Source: Squalus acanthias (Eukaryota). From it: DNA of 64,000 nucleotides. The position numbers were made by a program, and so were the translations under genes. The stretch lies in contig CM059431.1 of assembly GCA_030390025.1 (NCBI GenBank), forward strand, positions 134,170,001-134,234,000, written 5' to 3'. Shown in pieces: positions 62,270 to 64,000 of this stretch (the first letter of the stretch is position 1; every line of letters starts with the position of its first letter). The notes beneath the pieces were generated by a model. The model worked only from the letters and a program-made list of their open reading frames with translations, was not told the DNA's origin and did no database searches.

Positions 62270-63680
62270 TTTTTTTTAATTAGTTTATGGGATCTGGGCG
62301 TCGCTGGCAAGGCCAGCATTTATTGCCCATCTCTAGTTGCCCTTGAGAAGGTGGTGGTCATAGAGTCATAGGGCTGGATTTTCATTGACCCGTGGAGGCG
62401 GGTTTGGAGGCGTGTGGGGGGTTAAAATTGCGAAAACTGGCGGGCGGGCACAAGTCCGCCTCCATCCCGCCTCCACGCAATTTTCATTAAATCGTGTCTG
62501 CTGGTCCCGACTCTGTCCCGCCTCTTAGAGGTGGGAAAGGCTGTTAAGGCCCTTAACAAGCACTAAATTGCCTCTATAATGCTGTTTTGAAAGGCCTTTG
62601 TGATTTTAACCCTTTTTCTATGTGAAGCATGCCTGTTCTGAACCACGAATGTGAAACCTGGCGGGAGCACATTTGGATAGTTGATTATGGCCGGCCGGCT
62701 GGCTGGCTGGCTTTGGGGATACATATATGGATAGCTATGTGGATGAATCTATATATGGATGGATGGAGAGGAGACATATCTGGGAGTGGTGGTGTAAAAA
62801 TATCTAGGAGCAGACTTAGGGCTGCTGATGCTCATTTTGCATCCAGGTCCTCTCACAGCAAAGGCCAGGCAGTCTCTGAAGACCTTCAATGCAGCAGCAA
62901 TGATGACATCATCAGAGGCGACTTTCAGACTGAAAACACTAATTGGTTCATGGGTTCCCACATGCTGGAACTCAATTGCCCAATTAGGTGAAAATTGCAT
63001 CAATCTCCCACATCCAATTGCAGTCGGGTGGATAACACGAAAAGTGGATGACACGACCCCAACCCGCCCCAGTATCAAAATCCAGCCCATAGAGTTATAC
63101 AGCACAGAAAGAGGCCCTTCGGCCCATCGTGTCTGCGCCGGCCATCAAGCCCTGTCTATTTTGAGCCGCCTTCTTGAACTGCTGCAGTCTGTGTGGTGAA
63201 GGTACTCCCACAGTGCTGTTAGGGAGGGAGTTCCAGGATTTTGACCCAGCGACGATGAAGGATCGGCGATATACTTCTAAGTCAGGATAGTGTGTGACTT
63301 GGAGGGGAATTTGAAGGCGGTGGTGTTCCCATGTGCCTGCTGCCCTTGTCCTTCTAGGTGGAAGAGGTCGTGGGTTTGGGAGGTGCTGTCGAAGAAGCCT
63401 TGGCGAGTTGCTGCAGTGCATCTTGTAGATGGTACACACTGCAGCCACGGTACGCCGGTGGTGGAGGGAATGAATGTTTAAGGTGGTGGATGGGGTGCCA
63501 ATCAAACGGGCTGCTTTGTCCTGGATGGTGTCGAGCTTCTTGAGTGTTGTTGGAGCTGCACTCATCCAAGCAAGTGGAAAGTATTCCATCACACTCCTGA
63601 CTTGTGCCTTGTAGATGGTGGAAAGGCTTTGGGGAGTCAGGAGGTGAGACACTCGCCGCAGAATACCTAGCCTCTGACAA
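62270..63680 (-). mobile_element. Family B LINE 3' fragment interrupted by a short CR1 tail that contains a MITE
   Basis: ORF 63095-63691 (YKAQVRSVMEY); family tail at 62270-62358; catagagtc-ata-gagttatacagcacag CR1 tail. Confidence 0.78.
62371..63088. mobile_element. Non-autonomous Harbinger-type MITE (718 bp)
   Basis: Perfect 12-bp TIR GGGCTGGATTTT; 3-bp TSD ATA. Confidence 0.85.
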
Positions 63681-64000
63681 TTAGAGAACAAGAATGCATT
63701 CTGTCAATTCCAATTGCGGAGCTTCTCGTTGTATGTCCAGCTCCACCTATATAGCAATTATGTAGGAGGAATGCATATCGGATAAATTGTTTTATATTCT
63801 CCTGGGTCCTTCTGATAATTCTCCTCTCAGGTCTACGGTTCACTCTTCCATAGTAAATGGAGGATTTCAATCCTGATTCGATAATTAACTACACATTGCA
63901 GGTTATGAAAGATGATGTAAACTCCTTCTATTCTGCATTACCAATGTGCCATAATGCCAACCTCAGAAGATACCATTTTAACACTTCTATTCCATGTCAA

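Overview
This is vertebrate intronic DNA, most likely from a shark or other cartilaginous fish (inferred from the HE1-like V-SINE and the CR1/L2/Penelope repeat families, recognised from memory). The only host-gene sequence I can support is two minus-strand coding exons (13481-13397 and 10041-9920). They have canonical AG/GT boundaries, splice in frame, and encode the C2H2 finger and following coiled coil of a DZIP1/iguana-family protein. Most of the remainder is nested transposable elements: a near-complete two-gene Harbinger transposon with three non-autonomous relatives and other Harbinger-type MITEs; two full-length Ty3/Gypsy elements; hairpin Penelope-like insertions, one carrying minimal hammerhead ribozyme motifs; many CR1, L2 and other CR1-group LINE pieces; an RTE fragment; and SINEs. 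One Gypsy is CsRn1-like with a tRNA-Trp PBS. The other has identical LTRs, no tRNA PBS, a self-complementary PBS, a YLDN RT motif and a duplicated PPT/LTR start, and is the most unusual element here. Most short ORFs in the track are antisense or off-frame shadows of these repeats. Family names were not checked by database search, and LINE boundaries are approximate.
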